DNA of 62,337 nt, counting the filler, from Rhabdomonas costata (taxonomy: Eukaryota), in assembly GCA_019059605.1 (NCBI GenBank). It is 34 parts of 34 records of this genome, joined end to end, with 100 filler letters (N's around TTAATTAATTAA, not from the genome) between each part and the next. Parts side by side here need not be neighbours in the genome. Positions count along the whole stretch, not along the records: positions 1 to 1,738 come from JAHMHO010009824.1; positions 1,839 to 3,575 come from JAHMHO010009825.1; positions 3,676 to 5,413 come from JAHMHO010009826.1; positions 5,514 to 7,246 come from JAHMHO010009827.1; positions 7,347 to 9,083 come from JAHMHO010009828.1; positions 9,184 to 10,919 come from JAHMHO010009829.1; positions 11,020 to 12,756 come from JAHMHO010009830.1; positions 12,857 to 14,593 come from JAHMHO010009831.1; 26 more parts are not named here. One strand, given 5' to 3'. A model generated the notes under the pieces. That model was not told the DNA's origin. It searched no databases and saw only the letters and a program-made list of their open reading frames with translations. Of the stretch, positions 1-12,891 are shown one piece after another (position 1 is the first letter of the stretch; every line of letters begins with the position of its first letter). The position numbers were made by a program, and so were the translations under genes.

Positions 1-497
1 ACAGCTTTTGTTGTCGGAGGACTCGAGGTGTCGTCGGAGCATTTGTCCAGGATAATCTGGCCACGGATAGGGGGCAGTGCCCGGGATTCATGCGCACCAC
101 AGCGGAGAACGAGGAACCGTACGCTAGGCCAAGTTGAAGGCAAACGAGGAAAAGGGGGCACGCACTGGTGTCAGTCGCAGCTGATTGTTGGTGGATGCCC
201 CGGGCAGGAGGGACCAGGACTTGGGTAATCGCGTATGAGCGAAGGCAGCCATACGCTCGGAAAAGAAAGGCTTTGGAACCTTGTACTCAAAGACTGTTGC
301 CATTGATTGCTCAAGTAACAAACAGACCCACAACCCGTGACAAAAGGTCAGCGACAGTTGTGTTTCGGATCGAGCTAGGTTCATGGTGGGAATTTCCTGA
401 CTCAACGAGACCCACAGGGGCCGATCGGCGGATCAAATTAAAGATAAAATATCACGGCAGATCTAATGACAAATCGGGGAAATGGGGTCCAACGCAC

Positions 498-702
498 CAG
501 GCCTTGGCGCAGACTGGCGTAGACTTCGGCCAGCCCTCGGACCTCCCCGCTGAGAGGGGTGGGTTCCCAGATTGCCTCCCAGTGCCGGAGCATCTGCCGC
601 ACTTCCCTGGCCACGCCAGGCCCCGGGGAAGCTCACCGGAAGTGCTGGCAGTGCTGCGCTGGGCTAGCGCTTGCAAGAGGCGGCTTGCCTTGGCAACGTC
701 CT
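498..702 (-). CDS. Possible exon(s) of a hypothetical helical protein, weakly VHS-like
   Basis: GC-rich segment bounded by tag| and |gtgcgt; AREVRQMLRHWEAIWE...GLAEVYASLRQGL resembles the last helices of VHS domains; the frame join is unresolved. Confidence 0.25.
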
Positions 703-1520
703 AAAGGATACGCACAATACACACCTATGGGGCCCACCCACGATATGAGAGATGTCGGGAGCCAGGTTGGGTGGTTGGCAGAAACACAATATCCCGCCTT
801 TCGGTTCCAAGCACACCCCGTATGCCAGGTAGGGGTAACCAGATGACAAAGGCGAAGCTCTAGCAGGATATGTCACACCAATCCCAGACGGCTGCGCATC
901 CAAGAACACGAACTTCCTGGAATTACTCGATTTTGCGCGAAAGTTCCAAGCAGACCAACAAGAAGGGCGACGTAGCGTCCTCTTGTTCTATTGTTTCACA
1001 AAACCTGTATTTGATGGATATCATTTTTCAGATGTCTTTTCAGATTTTTTCCGGCCCTTTTCTGACGCGACGATAGCGATCTCTGCTTCCGCAATAGGCT
1101 GCAGGATGAACACCCAAACAGTCGGCCAGCTAAATAATCAAACAATCTGGATAAAACCAAAACGAAAAGCGCAGTTGTCTGTTTGTTAAGCTGCCTTGCT
1201 GGGTTTCGCATGATGTCCTGCGGTTCAATCCAAGTATTTTCCTGACGCTTGGGCAACAACGGATTGCTTTTTTATTTTTTAGATTCTCCCTTTTGAGATG
1301 AGATGAATGGGCGTCATAAATATCTGCAACCGACCAAGGGAGACGATGGTTTACTGTGCAAATCAAGAAGGAAAATTTTCGGTCTGTATGAGAGGGCTGG
1401 GTTGCCGACCTCCAGGCCGAGGGCCTCAGGAAGGGCAGAGGGGTGGGCTGCGCGGCGCAGCAGCCCCGTGGCTCCACCCACGGGGGTCTCCAGCAGGCTC
1501 TCCACAACCCCACGAAACAC

Positions 1521-1680
1521 CCAGCCTGCTGCGCCAGCCCCTCCAGGGCGGCGTGCGCCTCGGCCATCAGCTGCCCCACTTCCTCCGCGAGCTGGGCCGC
1601 GACCGGAGAGGGGCAAAAGCAGCCCCGGACAGACTGACCTGCAACTTCTCCACAAGGCCTCGGATTGGGGCCTCCTTCGA
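1521..1680 (-). CDS. Two small exons of a hypothetical helical protein (47-nt GT-AG intron 1592-1638)
   Basis: SKEAPIRGLVEKLQ|LAEEVGQLMAEAHAALEGLAQQA; phase-consistent canonical sites, GC3-rich codons. Confidence 0.4.
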
Positions 1681-1738
1681 CTGCTAGGACACGGAAACAC
1701 AGACACCAACATCAACACTGGAAACCGACACAAAAAAC

Positions 1739-1838
1739 NNNNNNNNNNNNNNNNNNNNNNNNNNNNNNNNNNNNNNNNNNNNTTAATTAATTAANNNNNN
1801 NNNNNNNNNNNNNNNNNNNNNNNNNNNNNNNNNNNNNN
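1739..1838. other. Artificial contig spacer (44 N + TTAATTAATTAA + 44 N); 33 such spacers about every 1.84 kb divide the window into 34 contigs
   Basis: Identical linker with stops in all six frames, flanked by N runs and repeated at near-constant spacing; contigs appear length-sorted. Confidence 0.99.
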
Positions 1839-2957
1839 TTGTGTGGGTAAGAGTGGAGGGCCGGGGATGGGGGGTACTGTACAGGATTATTGGCTGAAAA
1901 GGAAATGGATGCAGCTGAAATTGGGAACTCCGCACTTTGCCGTGCACTCCAACTCGACAGACGGAATTTTTCAGACGGACTCGGTGCATCAGCCTCGGAA
2001 CGTGTTTGGTGACTTGGTCGTCGTGCTGATTTCATGGTGATGAGCTCGAATGAACGATCAACCAGGCCCAAGGGTGCTTGCTTTTGACGACGAGAGACCT
2101 GAGTCTAAATTGCTCTGGGTATCGAAAAGCACAACTGCGGCTTCGCCATGCACACCAGCCAGCACGAATCTGCAAAGACGTTGAAGGTTTTCCCGTTTTA
2201 AGCTGCAAGAAGAACCCTACGAGCAATGCGTTCGGGCAGCCCACAATTGCAGAAAATCCGTTGACGTGACAGAATAGTTTAAGGGTGCTTCGGAAAGACC
2301 GGAAAGGGAAACTGACGTTATTTGAGAAAACACCCCTACAGAGGCGTGGACCAAAACCTATAAAATTCTTGAATTTAACCGCGGCAGGAAGGTACCTGAG
2401 CATACCATTTGCGGACAAGACGGCTGCAGAATTGCAGTGCCCACAGTGTGTGGAAACAGCAGCAAAGTGTAAAAGCAGGAACAATCGAAGCTGCAACCGC
2501 AGCCACTTCAACCAGCACAAAGGCAGCAAGAAGGGCGCTGACGCGCGCCCAGAAAAAAAAGCACACGGTGCCAAAAGGGTGAAAATCACCCTCCCCCATC
2601 ATGAACAAACAACTCAAAACGCTGACTTTGAAACTCCCGATGGAAAACAATAAAGACAGAAGGGGAAGACAGCCCTCTTCCCCCAGAAAAAGGTGTGCAA
2701 TTAAGGCAACCCGAAATATCGAAGAACACAGAAAACAAAACATGGGCAAAATTGCCCAATTGCAGGCCGTTAGAGTTGCGAGTTGGGGAGGTGGGGGGCC
2801 AGCACACCACACCCCGAAAGGTAAAGCAGAGTGGGTCCATAGTCAGAACAGGATTTGTGCCGAGAGAAAGATCGGCAAGCCACATCGGACAGGCAATACC
2901 TGGCCCTCTCTCTCTGTCTCTCTCCAAGACCGTCACACCCGCTCGTTGTACAAAAGA

Positions 2958-3197
2958 CTAGCGCTCACCCTCCCGTCGCTCGAACTTCCGCAGCATCCCA
3001 GCCACTGCGGCTGCGTACCGCCGCGGGTCGGCCTGTAGCAGCTGCACATGTTTGGCTCCCTCAAAGATCTCCGCAACCACTCGCGGGCAACTTTTCCGGT
3101 CCCGTGCGGGCGAGTATCCATTTTGTAGAAGGGCGTGAAAGTCCCTTACTGTCGGTGGGGGAGCCACGACGTCCCGCCCTCCAGCAAGAAGAAGGAC
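2958..3197 (-). CDS. C-terminal exon of an alpha/beta-hydrolase-fold protein (TMEM53/DUF829-like end)
   Basis: VLLLAGGRDVVAPP (acid-residue strand) and EIFEGAKHVQLLQADPRRYAAAV (catalytic-His loop and final helix); cag acceptor at 3198-3200. Confidence 0.65.
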   Translation of the reverse strand, partial: VLLLAGGRDVVAPPPTVRDFHALLQNGYSPARDRKSCPRVVAEIFEGAKHVQLLQADPRRYAAAVAGMLRKFERREGER

Positions 3198-5048
3198 CTG
3201 ACAGAGCAAGCCAAAAACAAAGCCGTTGGATTGCTGTTGCTTCGCAAACCCCACCCATTCCAGTCACCTGAGTGGCGCACCGAGGGGTTCTGGCGACATG
3301 TAGTTTGCTGGTTCTGCAGGACCAAGCTCAGCGATGGTAAACAAGATTACTACTCCAGCACTCCATCATACTCGTGGGTAAAGTGTCCTCGGAGTGGTCT
3401 CCCTCCTCCCGCGGACTTCACCACATTTTGTGTCGCGCTGATCCGAACATCGACTTCCAGTCCTTGCGAAAGCTAGGGGCACTTGCATTGTCCTGTTGTA
3501 ACGGAGTGACCAATCAAGCACCACCATAAATAACCACATGCACATCATGATATGATTGGCACTGATAAATATCTTNNNNNNNNNNNNNNNNNNNNNNNNN
3601 NNNNNNNNNNNNNNNNNNNTTAATTAATTAANNNNNNNNNNNNNNNNNNNNNNNNNNNNNNNNNNNNNNNNNNNNGGTGTTTTTTTGGTAGTTGCCCCCA
3701 TGTTTGTGGTGTACCTCCGAAAGGAATCCGGATTTGTCTTCTGTTTTGGATTTGGGGTGCGTTAGAGTGGGACGCGAGTAGCACCCACCGGAAAGCACCA
3801 CGTCCTGTTCGTTTGTATTTTTTAATCTATTTTTCATTGTTGCAATTGATTATTGGTCTTGTACCTTTGCGCGATACCTTTGCATTGTTGCCGTTGGGCG
3901 CGTTCTATTACGACTTCTTCTTATCATTCCGTCGACTTGAATGGTCATCTGCTTGCACCCACTGATGCCCTCCCTGTGTGATCGTATTGATTACCATTTG
4001 ATCATCGCTCGCTCTCACGGTCCCTTTCTATTGAGTGCATTCCCTCCCCCTATTCGTGTGCCATCATCATGTCAGATTCCCTGTTGCAAGAAAACGCCCA
4101 ACGAAAAGGGCTGCCACGGGCGCCCTTCCCTTTTTGCGACCATGCTGAGATTGACAGATACCCCTCAACACTACCCTGCTCTGCACCCCCACAAATCTTG
4201 CACGGTGCACGCCCTATGCAATGTGCTGTTGGCTGGCACGGGAGAAGAGAAGTGTCACGGGGCTGGATTTTCCCCATTCCCCGCGTGAGCCAGATTTTCC
4301 TGGACGCCTTGGAGTTTCAGGAAACTTTGCGCTTGTGCGAACATTGCATGTGAATTTTCTCACTCTGGAGAGAGACAAAAGGTCGCGTTTGATCAAGAGC
4401 AGATCCACAAATGTCACCCTGGCTGACCTTTTGAGTAGTTGCATGCGCATCTTCTGCATCCACATCCTGATCGTATTGATGTGGGTGTGTGTATGCGTTT
4501 GGGGTAAATCTGCCTGCAAGTTGCTTAAAATCCCCCACCCCACCCTGGCTGGAGATTGGAGTGTGAGGCTGGGGGAGAGTGAGTTATGTCGTGGGCGAAA
4601 AAGAATAGCAGTTTGGACAGCACCTTCTTAAAACGTGGTACAAGACGAGGGCGAACAGTTTTGGCTGACTGTGGATTGGAGGGAACAAAAATCCTTATTA
4701 GTTGGTGTGGTGCGGTGATCCTTTCCGGGGATGCGCAATTCCAGGTAAAAATGGGCGGACAACGAGCCATGAAGTGTTTGCGTCCGCCTGCAGTCTGTAG
4801 AGACTGCTTTTTGTCGCCTGCAGTCTGTAGAGACTCTTTCTTCGCCCCACGCCATTCGCCTCCCTTTCATATCCAGCCTACTTGCATGCGCTTATCTTGA
4901 CGTTGACGGGATGCCTATTGCATCCACTTCTTAACGAAGGCCAAGTAGTTGCTTCCTTTGATTTGTAGTCGTCTCCTTCCAACACTTATTTTTCATCGAT
5001 TAGCCCATCGCTACAGAGCTTTCTATACTGTTTTCCCCATAAAAGAGA

Positions 5049-5413
5049 ATGCCGCATGCCTCTCACCGAGTCCCCCTTCCGGTTGAAGGATGGGAATCCG
5101 CTTCCGCAACCATGTCTGGTCCTCGTCTGCCCGCCGAAGGACCGAGCATGGTACTTGAGTCCTCGACCGTCCCAATATCTGGGCGTTACCTGCAGGTTTC
5201 AATGGATGTATCCCCCGTTCCCGCTCTTCCCCGACCTCCCAAGCGCCACTGCGGGGTACCCTTGTTTGTCAGCCTCATTTTGCCGGCTGTGGTCGTCGCC
5301 ATTGTCTTCATGGTGGGCATGTGGCAGACGACCTCTGCAACCACCTTGCACTCCGCCGACTCCATTGCCAGCCGAGTCTTCGACGTGGTGCAGCTACAGC
5401 TCACCACCCCACA
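5049..5413 (+). CDS. N-terminus of a membrane sensor-like protein (TM helix followed by a Cache-type first helix), truncated by the contig end
   Basis: GVPLFVSLILPAVVVAIVFMVGMWQTT...SADSIASRVFDVV resembles N-termini of receptor cyclases and His kinases. Confidence 0.45.
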
Positions 5414-5513
5414 NNNNNNNNNNNNNNNNNNNNNNNNNNNNNNNNNNNNNNNNNNNNTTAATTAATTAANNNNNNNNNNNNNNNNNNNNNNNNNNNNNNN
5501 NNNNNNNNNNNNN

Positions 5514-6200
5514 GGGGTGGTGGGTGCTAGTTTAGGAAGCTGCTGGAGGCGCTGTCACTTCAGTGCCAAAATGTTTCCGTCTCTGCACACTGTGTCCGCG
5601 TGCGGTAGTTCCCGATCCCGAACATTTGGTCAGGTGCTTCCCCTCGGTGTCGCTCTGGACTCCGCAATTGTGGCAGCATGTCCCTTCTTCGATGCCAGGG
5701 AGGCCAAGAAGCCATGCGAGGACTGCGCGGAACTGACTGGGCGCCATAGATACCCAGAGATTAGATCCAGTGAGCCAGCTTGTCGGGCGCGGGAACTGAA
5801 GAGACGGAAGGAGTTCCTGGGCGTCCCTCCCCAGGCTTGCGAAGAATTGTGCTTTGGTTGCCTCGTGGAGCTCCAGTGTCACGACGTGCTGGAAGTGAGG
5901 CCCGGGTTGTGGCAGTGACGGCTTTGTTTTCCCGCACTGCAGCAGTTTCCGCTTTCAGCATGATTGGGTTATTCTGTGCTGAAGAAGGTGCCCGCCGTTG
6001 CTTATGAGCATCGCCAGGCGTGCGATGGACACCGTTACTTTGGGGTCGCTGATGCCCCGTCCGCCGTGTTTCTGCCAGGCTGGCCTGCACGCTGGCTGCG
6101 GGGGTGCGTGGAGCCAGATGATTGTTTTTTTGAAGATCCGAAAGACCCGAAAGGTCTGCCGATTACAAACCGGGTCGGCCAAGGCGGGTCCACGCTCCAC
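5514..6200 (-). mobile_element. Degenerate RLE-type (CRE/SLACS-like) non-LTR retrotransposon fragment: RT thumb plus CCHC zinc knuckle
   Basis: KHGGRGISDP...ARLAML (thumb, GGLGI-like) in one frame; SWL...FRAVLAWLLGLP...CHNCGVQSDTEGKHLTKC...RGHSV in another; frameshifted. Confidence 0.7.
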
Positions 6201-8855
6201 AGCGACCCCGGCGAAGAATGGAGGCCAAGGCCGCGGTGCAAGTCACCTTGGGGCGCAAGAAAACACCGGGAAAACGCAGCGCAGGAGTAGTACCGACAAA
6301 ACCGACCCGGAGCGTGCCCGGCAGAGTCCCTGAACCTAACCCCTGATTCCTTCCGGTGGCCACATTCCGGAAACAGGACGCTCCATAAATGAGCGTCCAA
6401 CGGACAATTGTGAGCGCGGCAATGTAAGATTTACCCCCTGTAATAACAACCGTGCCTTTTCACGATATGCTTTCAAATGATGGCTTTTGGAGTTTGTGCA
6501 GCTTCATTTCGGTGTTCGCGCGGTTCGTTAAAGATGCTCGTTTTGTTTCAGCCAAAAACGAGCAAGAAAAAGAGAAATCAAGAAGTTAAAACAGAAGGCA
6601 AAGCCTGAAGAATTTTTGTCTCAAAATTGGCTGCTCCATTTTTGATGGCCAGACTGTTAAAATTCGAATCTGCGCAGAATGGGTCTTTCGCATAAAGCTT
6701 CTGCGCGCCACGGATTATCCAAATGTTGAATCGAAACCAACCAACCCCTCTACGCTTTCCCGGCTTGGTCGCAGACAACCCACCAGGATGATCCTAACCT
6801 TTGGCCTACCGGCGGCTCTGGTTAGAGGATTTAATTTGACCTAGTTTTTTCTTGTTCTTCGGCTGGGAAACTAAGAAGGGAATATTTGATGTCAATATAG
6901 CTTTCCTATCGACACGCGTGAACTCGTGAAAAACCAAAATATCTAAAATAGGCAAATTAAATCCAAAAAATTTGAAACCTTTGATTCCGCTTTTTTTTTC
7001 TATATTTAATTCTACCAGAAAGTTTGATTTAGGTAGTGAATAGATTTGATAAAGGCGTCGATCTTATCTAATTTCGATTCTAAAATCGTCTCTCCATGAG
7101 GAAAAGCGGTAATGCAGCGGTGCCATTGTGCTCCCACCGTTGACATGTTGACATGTGAAGATTTTGGCAGATCGAATATCCGAAAGAAGCAAAAAATACT
7201 TCTGGGGGTCCCGGTTCGTTCGGATGCATCAAGGTACATGTACATGNNNNNNNNNNNNNNNNNNNNNNNNNNNNNNNNNNNNNNNNNNNNTTAATTAATT
7301 AANNNNNNNNNNNNNNNNNNNNNNNNNNNNNNNNNNNNNNNNNNNNTCCTACGCCAAGCCGGCAGACAGTGGTGGGACCACTTCTTGATCCTACCGCTGG
7401 AGATCATTTTCATGAAGACGCAACAAAAAGAAGTGGCGCACACCCTTGAATTCGTGCAAGAATTCCGGCAGCGGGCCAATCTGAGAGTGGTAAGGTTGCA
7501 GAACGGGCCGTGCCATAAGAGGTGCGAGGTGACCTGACACAACCCTTTGAAACCCACGGACCCCCGCTGATGTACCTTCGCTCTTTTCATTGTCATAATG
7601 AATGGAAAAGTTCCGCAATTAGATGTCCGTCAATCAATGCCATTTGGTTTCATTACAAAGACGCGGATACGGCAAAGCCCGCGTTGTACTCAACCTTTCC
7701 GTGCGGTTTTTTCTTTTCGAAACGACGGAGCTGCCAAGCAACAACCGTTCTGGTGAAACTGAATTGCCGTATGAGACCGAAGGCCCGGCGACCACCCTAA
7801 CAGACACACTTGGCTCAATACCGGAGAAAGGTCTATGCAAAACGTCTGGACACCAAAGTCTCGAACTCAATGTCATCCGCAATATGGTTGAAGAAATGGG
7901 CGTCGGTGCATGGGTGGTGTGTGTGGTGCGGGCGCGTTCCGTGATTTCGATCACATTTAAAGAATGATCAAACTGGCACTATTGGGTCATATATCCTGGT
8001 TTCTAATATCTTGCTGTGGTGGACTGCTTTTTCGGTGGTTTTCGACCGGAGTGCCGGGTTTTAGATTCCAGTTTTCGGGTGGAGCCCCCCTCCCATGACA
8101 CCTAGCCCGCATATTCTATTTTTCGCGTTTTTTTCCCTGGCCCCTTCCGTCACTAACGCGCCTAGACTTCGGTCGGCCCCTCCCCCCTGTGTAAAAGCCA
8201 GTTTGCTCACCTGCTTGTGAATCGTATTTCCCGTTTCTGTGTGCCCTCTCCCGTTGCCTTCGTGCTTTGTTATTTTGCCGCTGCTTTGCGCCGCGGGATT
8301 TCCGGTTGCTTCGTTTCCCTTCCACTTCTTTGCCCTCGCAAGTTGCCATTCGGGTATAGAGCTTTTGCGCCTGCTCCATTTTGAGGCCTTTTTTGTCGTG
8401 CTGTCGTGTGTTGCTATCGTGCTCGCGCCTTGTGACCGTTTCACGTGTCGCGCTATTGATGCCGATCAGTCCTGATGACACGCACCTTTGGTACGCCCAA
8501 GCCCATCGCCAAGCCTCTGCCACGCAACAAAGACTATGACAGAATTCGTTATCAACAGGATTGGCTGGTTTAAATGCCAAGCTGCCAAAATCAATAGCTC
8601 CACAGCCGGCTGATTTTTTTCACTTCCAAGCAAGCCAATAAAGCCAACATATCAACAGCCAAAGACTGGGTGCCGGGAGGCAGGTCGTCACTAGTGTCCC
8701 TTTCACCCCCCCATCTATTTGCAACACACGGAGTCATACTGTTTTGTGAGCATTCCAAATGGGGGCGTGGAGACCCATAGCCCCATAGGCAGGTCACAAA
8801 ACAAGGTCAGGTCCAGCAGATCTGCGCCGGGGGATCCACTCGAGTAGGGGGGGAG

Positions 8856-9063
8856 TTACCCAATGTTGCGCAGCATGAGGGCTTGTGAAGCAAAGCTGAT
8901 GTACACCTCCTGCTCGCACGCCCCGCGGGGCTCCCCGTCGACCTGAGTGGCCAAGGTTAGCCCACGGCTCAGCGCGGCGGGGTTCAGCCGCAATCTGACC
9001 TCGCAGCCCTGCGCCAGCCTCCGCGCCGTACACCCACAAGTCCGCACCAGCCCTTGGTGCGCA
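8856..9063 (-). CDS. Diacylglycerol kinase, accessory-domain C-terminal exon
   Basis: ARRLAQGCEV...QVDGEP...VYISFASQALML matches the DGK accessory motifs; ttttcag acceptor. Confidence 0.8.
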
Positions 9064-9184
9064 CTGAAAAAGCCCCACCCCCCNNNNNNNNNNNNNNNNN
9101 NNNNNNNNNNNNNNNNNNNNNNNNNNNTTAATTAATTAANNNNNNNNNNNNNNNNNNNNNNNNNNNNNNNNNNNNNNNNNNNNT

Positions 9185-9331
9185 GGTGTTGAAAAATAAA
9201 AGGACAGGATACATTGTCCCAGTCACCCAAACCAAAAGAGGATAGACCTTCTACACACATTTGAGGTGGTCTATCCTCTTTTGGTTTGGGTGACTGGGAC
9301 AATGTATCCTGTCCTTTTATTTTTCATCACC
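9185..9331. repeat. Perfect 59-bp inverted repeat (9190-9248 / 9268-9326) at the contig start; probable WGA fold-back
   Basis: Arms are exact reverse complements; pairing breaks only in the G/T primer-like terminal bases. Confidence 0.9.
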
Positions 9332-9807
9332 GCCATTTTAAACGGAAACAGAGGCACTCTTCGTCGTGACGTGGAATCCTCCGGCCAATCACGAAGAACT
9401 TCCGTCACCCACAGAAAAGGGAGTCTCCATATTGGGCACAAATCAGAACTAAGCAAACAAAATTTAATTAGGGCAGGCTGCCGGGATAGGGAGACGGCTC
9501 CCCCCACCCCTCTGCAACCGGCCCTGAAGGAAATCGAGAGAAAGAAGCACCCGTTGGATGAGGAAACCGGATTTTTTTTTGTAACGGGGACAGGGACGGG
9601 GGGATTCTCTTTCTTTCTCTTCCTTCGCGAGTTTGAGACGGATGGGACTGATTTGAGACGTTTTCTTTCTTTATCCGGGAACGAGTTTCTTATTGTAAAC
9701 CGGGGGGGTGGGGTCACCACTTATGTAGTTCTTCCTCTTTGGGCATTTTTGAACCGTTGCTGCGTTTTTATTCCTGTATTGCATGTTCGTGGTGTACACA
9801 TTCGCAG

Positions 9808-9965
9808 AGGAGGCGCGCCAGCTGCAGGAAGAGAACTTGAACTTGAGGGAAGCGCTGACCACACTGAGAAGGCAGATGCTGCAGATGCAGCGGGAGCTGA
9901 CGCTGATCAAGAGCCATATGGGTCTCTCTTCACCGCCTGAGCCCCCTTCACTCCTTTCATTCAGA
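9808..9965 (+). CDS. Coiled-coil exon (HSF HR-A/B- or bZIP-like heptads)
   Basis: EARQLQEENLNLREALTTLRRQMLQMQRELTLIKSHM; cag acceptor and gtaagc donor. Confidence 0.5.
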
Positions 9966-11263
9966 GTAAGCCCACGCCGCCGAAGATGCAACACCTCTGT
10001 CTCCAACTCACACACGCTCTTTCATCTCTCGCTTTGAATCGGTTATCCGGAGAGCAGGTGTGGGCCATCTCTTTTTCGTGTGCGGGGGGGGGGTCATGTA
10101 GGAGTGCCTCCGCCGGAGCCCGTGGATGCGGCTGAGGACGAGGTCGTGCCCCCTTCCCCCTCAACCGTTGCCTCCTCCTCGCCGCCCTCCGCGCCAGCGC
10201 TCAGCCCGCTGTCTCACTACGAGAGCCCCTCCTCGGGATTCCTCCCGGCGTACTACCCAGGTTAGCCTCTACGCCGCCCCACCACACCTGCCGAAAACAA
10301 CAACCGAGCCTCCTTGTTTTGTTGTTTCATTGCGTGTCGTGTAGTGTTACAATTCATGGGTGATTTTGCGGAGAACGATAAGTATTTCAATATTTCCCAG
10401 CGTTGAATGACCATTTTACGCATGAAAAATGGGAGAATGGGGGGTCATCGTCTCATCAGGAATTGTATAGTCTTCAAGTGCCGGCTCATGTTCGTGTGGT
10501 GGTTTCCTTCACCTTGGCAAGCATGGCCAACAAGAAAGCCTCAGTTGGCTGCAGATTCGCATTTGTGGGCTGCTAGGTTCCGTGTTCTTTTGATTTTCAA
10601 GTTGCAATTTCGCCTTCTTCTTTTTCCTCTCTCCATTTATGGGCATTTAGCGTTTTGGCTTGTCCTTTCTTTTAGGTAATAGCAACTTACTTGCTCCTCT
10701 CCCTCCGCTTCCTCGAAGGGAGGTTGTAGCTGGACCGAGCGCCGGCAGTCGAATAGAGCACAGGTCTTTGTATTGCTTTGCTTTTCATTCCGGTGTTCTC
10801 TTTTGTCGAGTTCGCTGACTGACTTTCTGCCGGCTTTTTTTAGCTTTCCAATTTTTCGTTGATGTGCGGATGCGGCTAGCTAGTGACTATGCTTGGAGTT
10901 AAAGTTCGCAAAAAACCCCNNNNNNNNNNNNNNNNNNNNNNNNNNNNNNNNNNNNNNNNNNNNTTAATTAATTAANNNNNNNNNNNNNNNNNNNNNNNNN
11001 NNNNNNNNNNNNNNNNNNNGTGGGGTTGTGGATGCGGTAAGAAATTGAGAGGCAAGATTCTGGTGACATCTCGAAATTCTCTCTCTGTCAACCCGTATGC
11101 CCTCATTCTCCTTGTTCCTCGGCTTTTGGAAAATGCCCTGCCACGAAATGGAGCATGTATTCATGTGCGAGTTGAGGATGAGTCCATCGGTTGCTGTTGA
11201 CCTCAATCGCCAGCGGACCTGTGGGTAGCGGTGAAATGTGTTTTTGCTGTATGGAACCCGCAG

Positions 11264-11992
11264 CAGCAGCAGTTGCACGGACTTGCTGGAGATGCTGTGC
11301 ATGGTCTTCTCCACGGCGGGGCCCGCACTGGACACGGAGCGCGGGACGAAGCACATGGACGCATACTTCCGGCGTCTGGAGGCGCTGACCAAGGGCCCCT
11401 TGGTGCGCGCGATTGAGGGTGAGGGTTAGGTGAAGGGTTGGTGGCCATCATTGGTTGCCACCCAAAAACTCACGGGGCCAGAGGATGCCATTTTCCCAAA
11501 CATAAAAATCACAACGGGTGCCACTGCATCGTGATGATGCTTGAACGCCTATGCCTACTGACCTCATTTTAATGTTATGTCTGCAGGGGAAAACAAAAAC
11601 GCGCTTTCCCTCTGTCCTTTCCCCCGCCAGAAGTCAGAAGAAAAGAGCTCAAAAATTAAACAACTGGTAAGAATGAACAATGACGGCGATCTATGTCACT
11701 TGGATCCCTGAATCGTTTTTAGCACTATCTAGAAGTAAATATTACTGGGCGTTAAACTTCTCAGTCAGGGTGGGGCTTGTTGCAACGCCCGAGGCTTCGT
11801 TGTTCCCAGTGTGTGCGCAAGCATATGTTTTGCACTGCCACCCCCCCTCTCTCATCCGCCAGAATAGCCGCGCAAAATGCCTTGTGATGGACGTGGTGGA
11901 GCTGCGGACCAACGGCTGGACGCAGCGCCGAAGGGTAGCAAAGGCGGTGACGCTGGACGAGATGGAGAGGACTTTTGAGGAGCAGGAGAAGG
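11264..11992 (+). CDS. EIF4G: eIF4G, MIF4G domain C-terminal part (exons ~11264-11402, 11863-11992)
   Basis: LEMLCMVFSTAGPALDTERGTKHMDAYFRRLEALTKGPL|NSRAKCLVMDVVELRTNGWTQRRRVAKAVTLDEM; phase-0 GT-AG intron. Confidence 0.88.
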
Positions 11993-12891
11993 GTACTGTG
12001 CCGAGTACATACGTCCACATATGACCTCTGAGTGAGGGAGTCAGGGAGCGATGTGTGTGTGGATCGAAGAGGTGACTGGATGTGAGCCTAAGCCTTGCCC
12101 AATGCAGCAGTAGCGCAAAGGAAGCTGTGAGTTTGGCAGCCATCGGCTGTCGGTAGGCACAGGCACGGTGGATTCCACGGATACTCCACTTCATTTTTCG
12201 ACGCTCCCGTGGAAGTTACGGGGGGGGGGTCGGCATCATCGAGCGATCGATTGAGTGCCTCGTCCGAAGTCGTCCTCACCTCATTCTTTTCCAGGAGCAC
12301 ACACCCACTTGCCCACTTGTGTTCTCGGGGAAATCTGTGGCCCTGTTCACCATCTTTAAAATTTCCCGGACATCTCGACAAACGATTTGCCCGAATCCCG
12401 CTCCTTTTGCTGAATCTCAGAGGCGTGTCTTCCGGGCTTGGGCGCACGCCCTTGCTCGTTCACGAGCAGCGCAGGTAGCAGAAGTGGGGTGGTGGGGTTG
12501 GAGCCTCTGTGTGTCGCACAGTGAGGGGACAGGGCCTGCTGCCTCAGCAGCTCTCCGCCGCCCCACGAGCCCCATTGGGGCACCTCGCGGCGAATTTCTC
12601 CTCCCCCACGGGCATGGCGGGGTTCTCGCCCGCGGCCTTCCCGGTGTTTTGGCCTCCGGGCCCTGGTGCTGGCAGCCCAGGCACCCCCCCGGAGCCCTTC
12701 CGCTTCCGAGGGAAGGTCGCGACCCCTGTAGGTTCATGTCTCTCTCCCTCACCAACNNNNNNNNNNNNNNNNNNNNNNNNNNNNNNNNNNNNNNNNNNNN
12801 TTAATTAATTAANNNNNNNNNNNNNNNNNNNNNNNNNNNNNNNNNNNNNNNNNNNNTTTGTGTTGTCGCTACTATTGCTCTTATTTCTTAG

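Noticed and set aside
9185-9331. Long hairpin as a pre-miRNA or TIR element
   Set aside because: Perfect arms ending at the contig edge with primer-like mismatches; typical amplification fold-back
9520-9570. LKEIERKK as the end of an HSF DNA-binding domain upstream of the coiled coil
   Set aside because: No usable splice sites and no other HSF motifs
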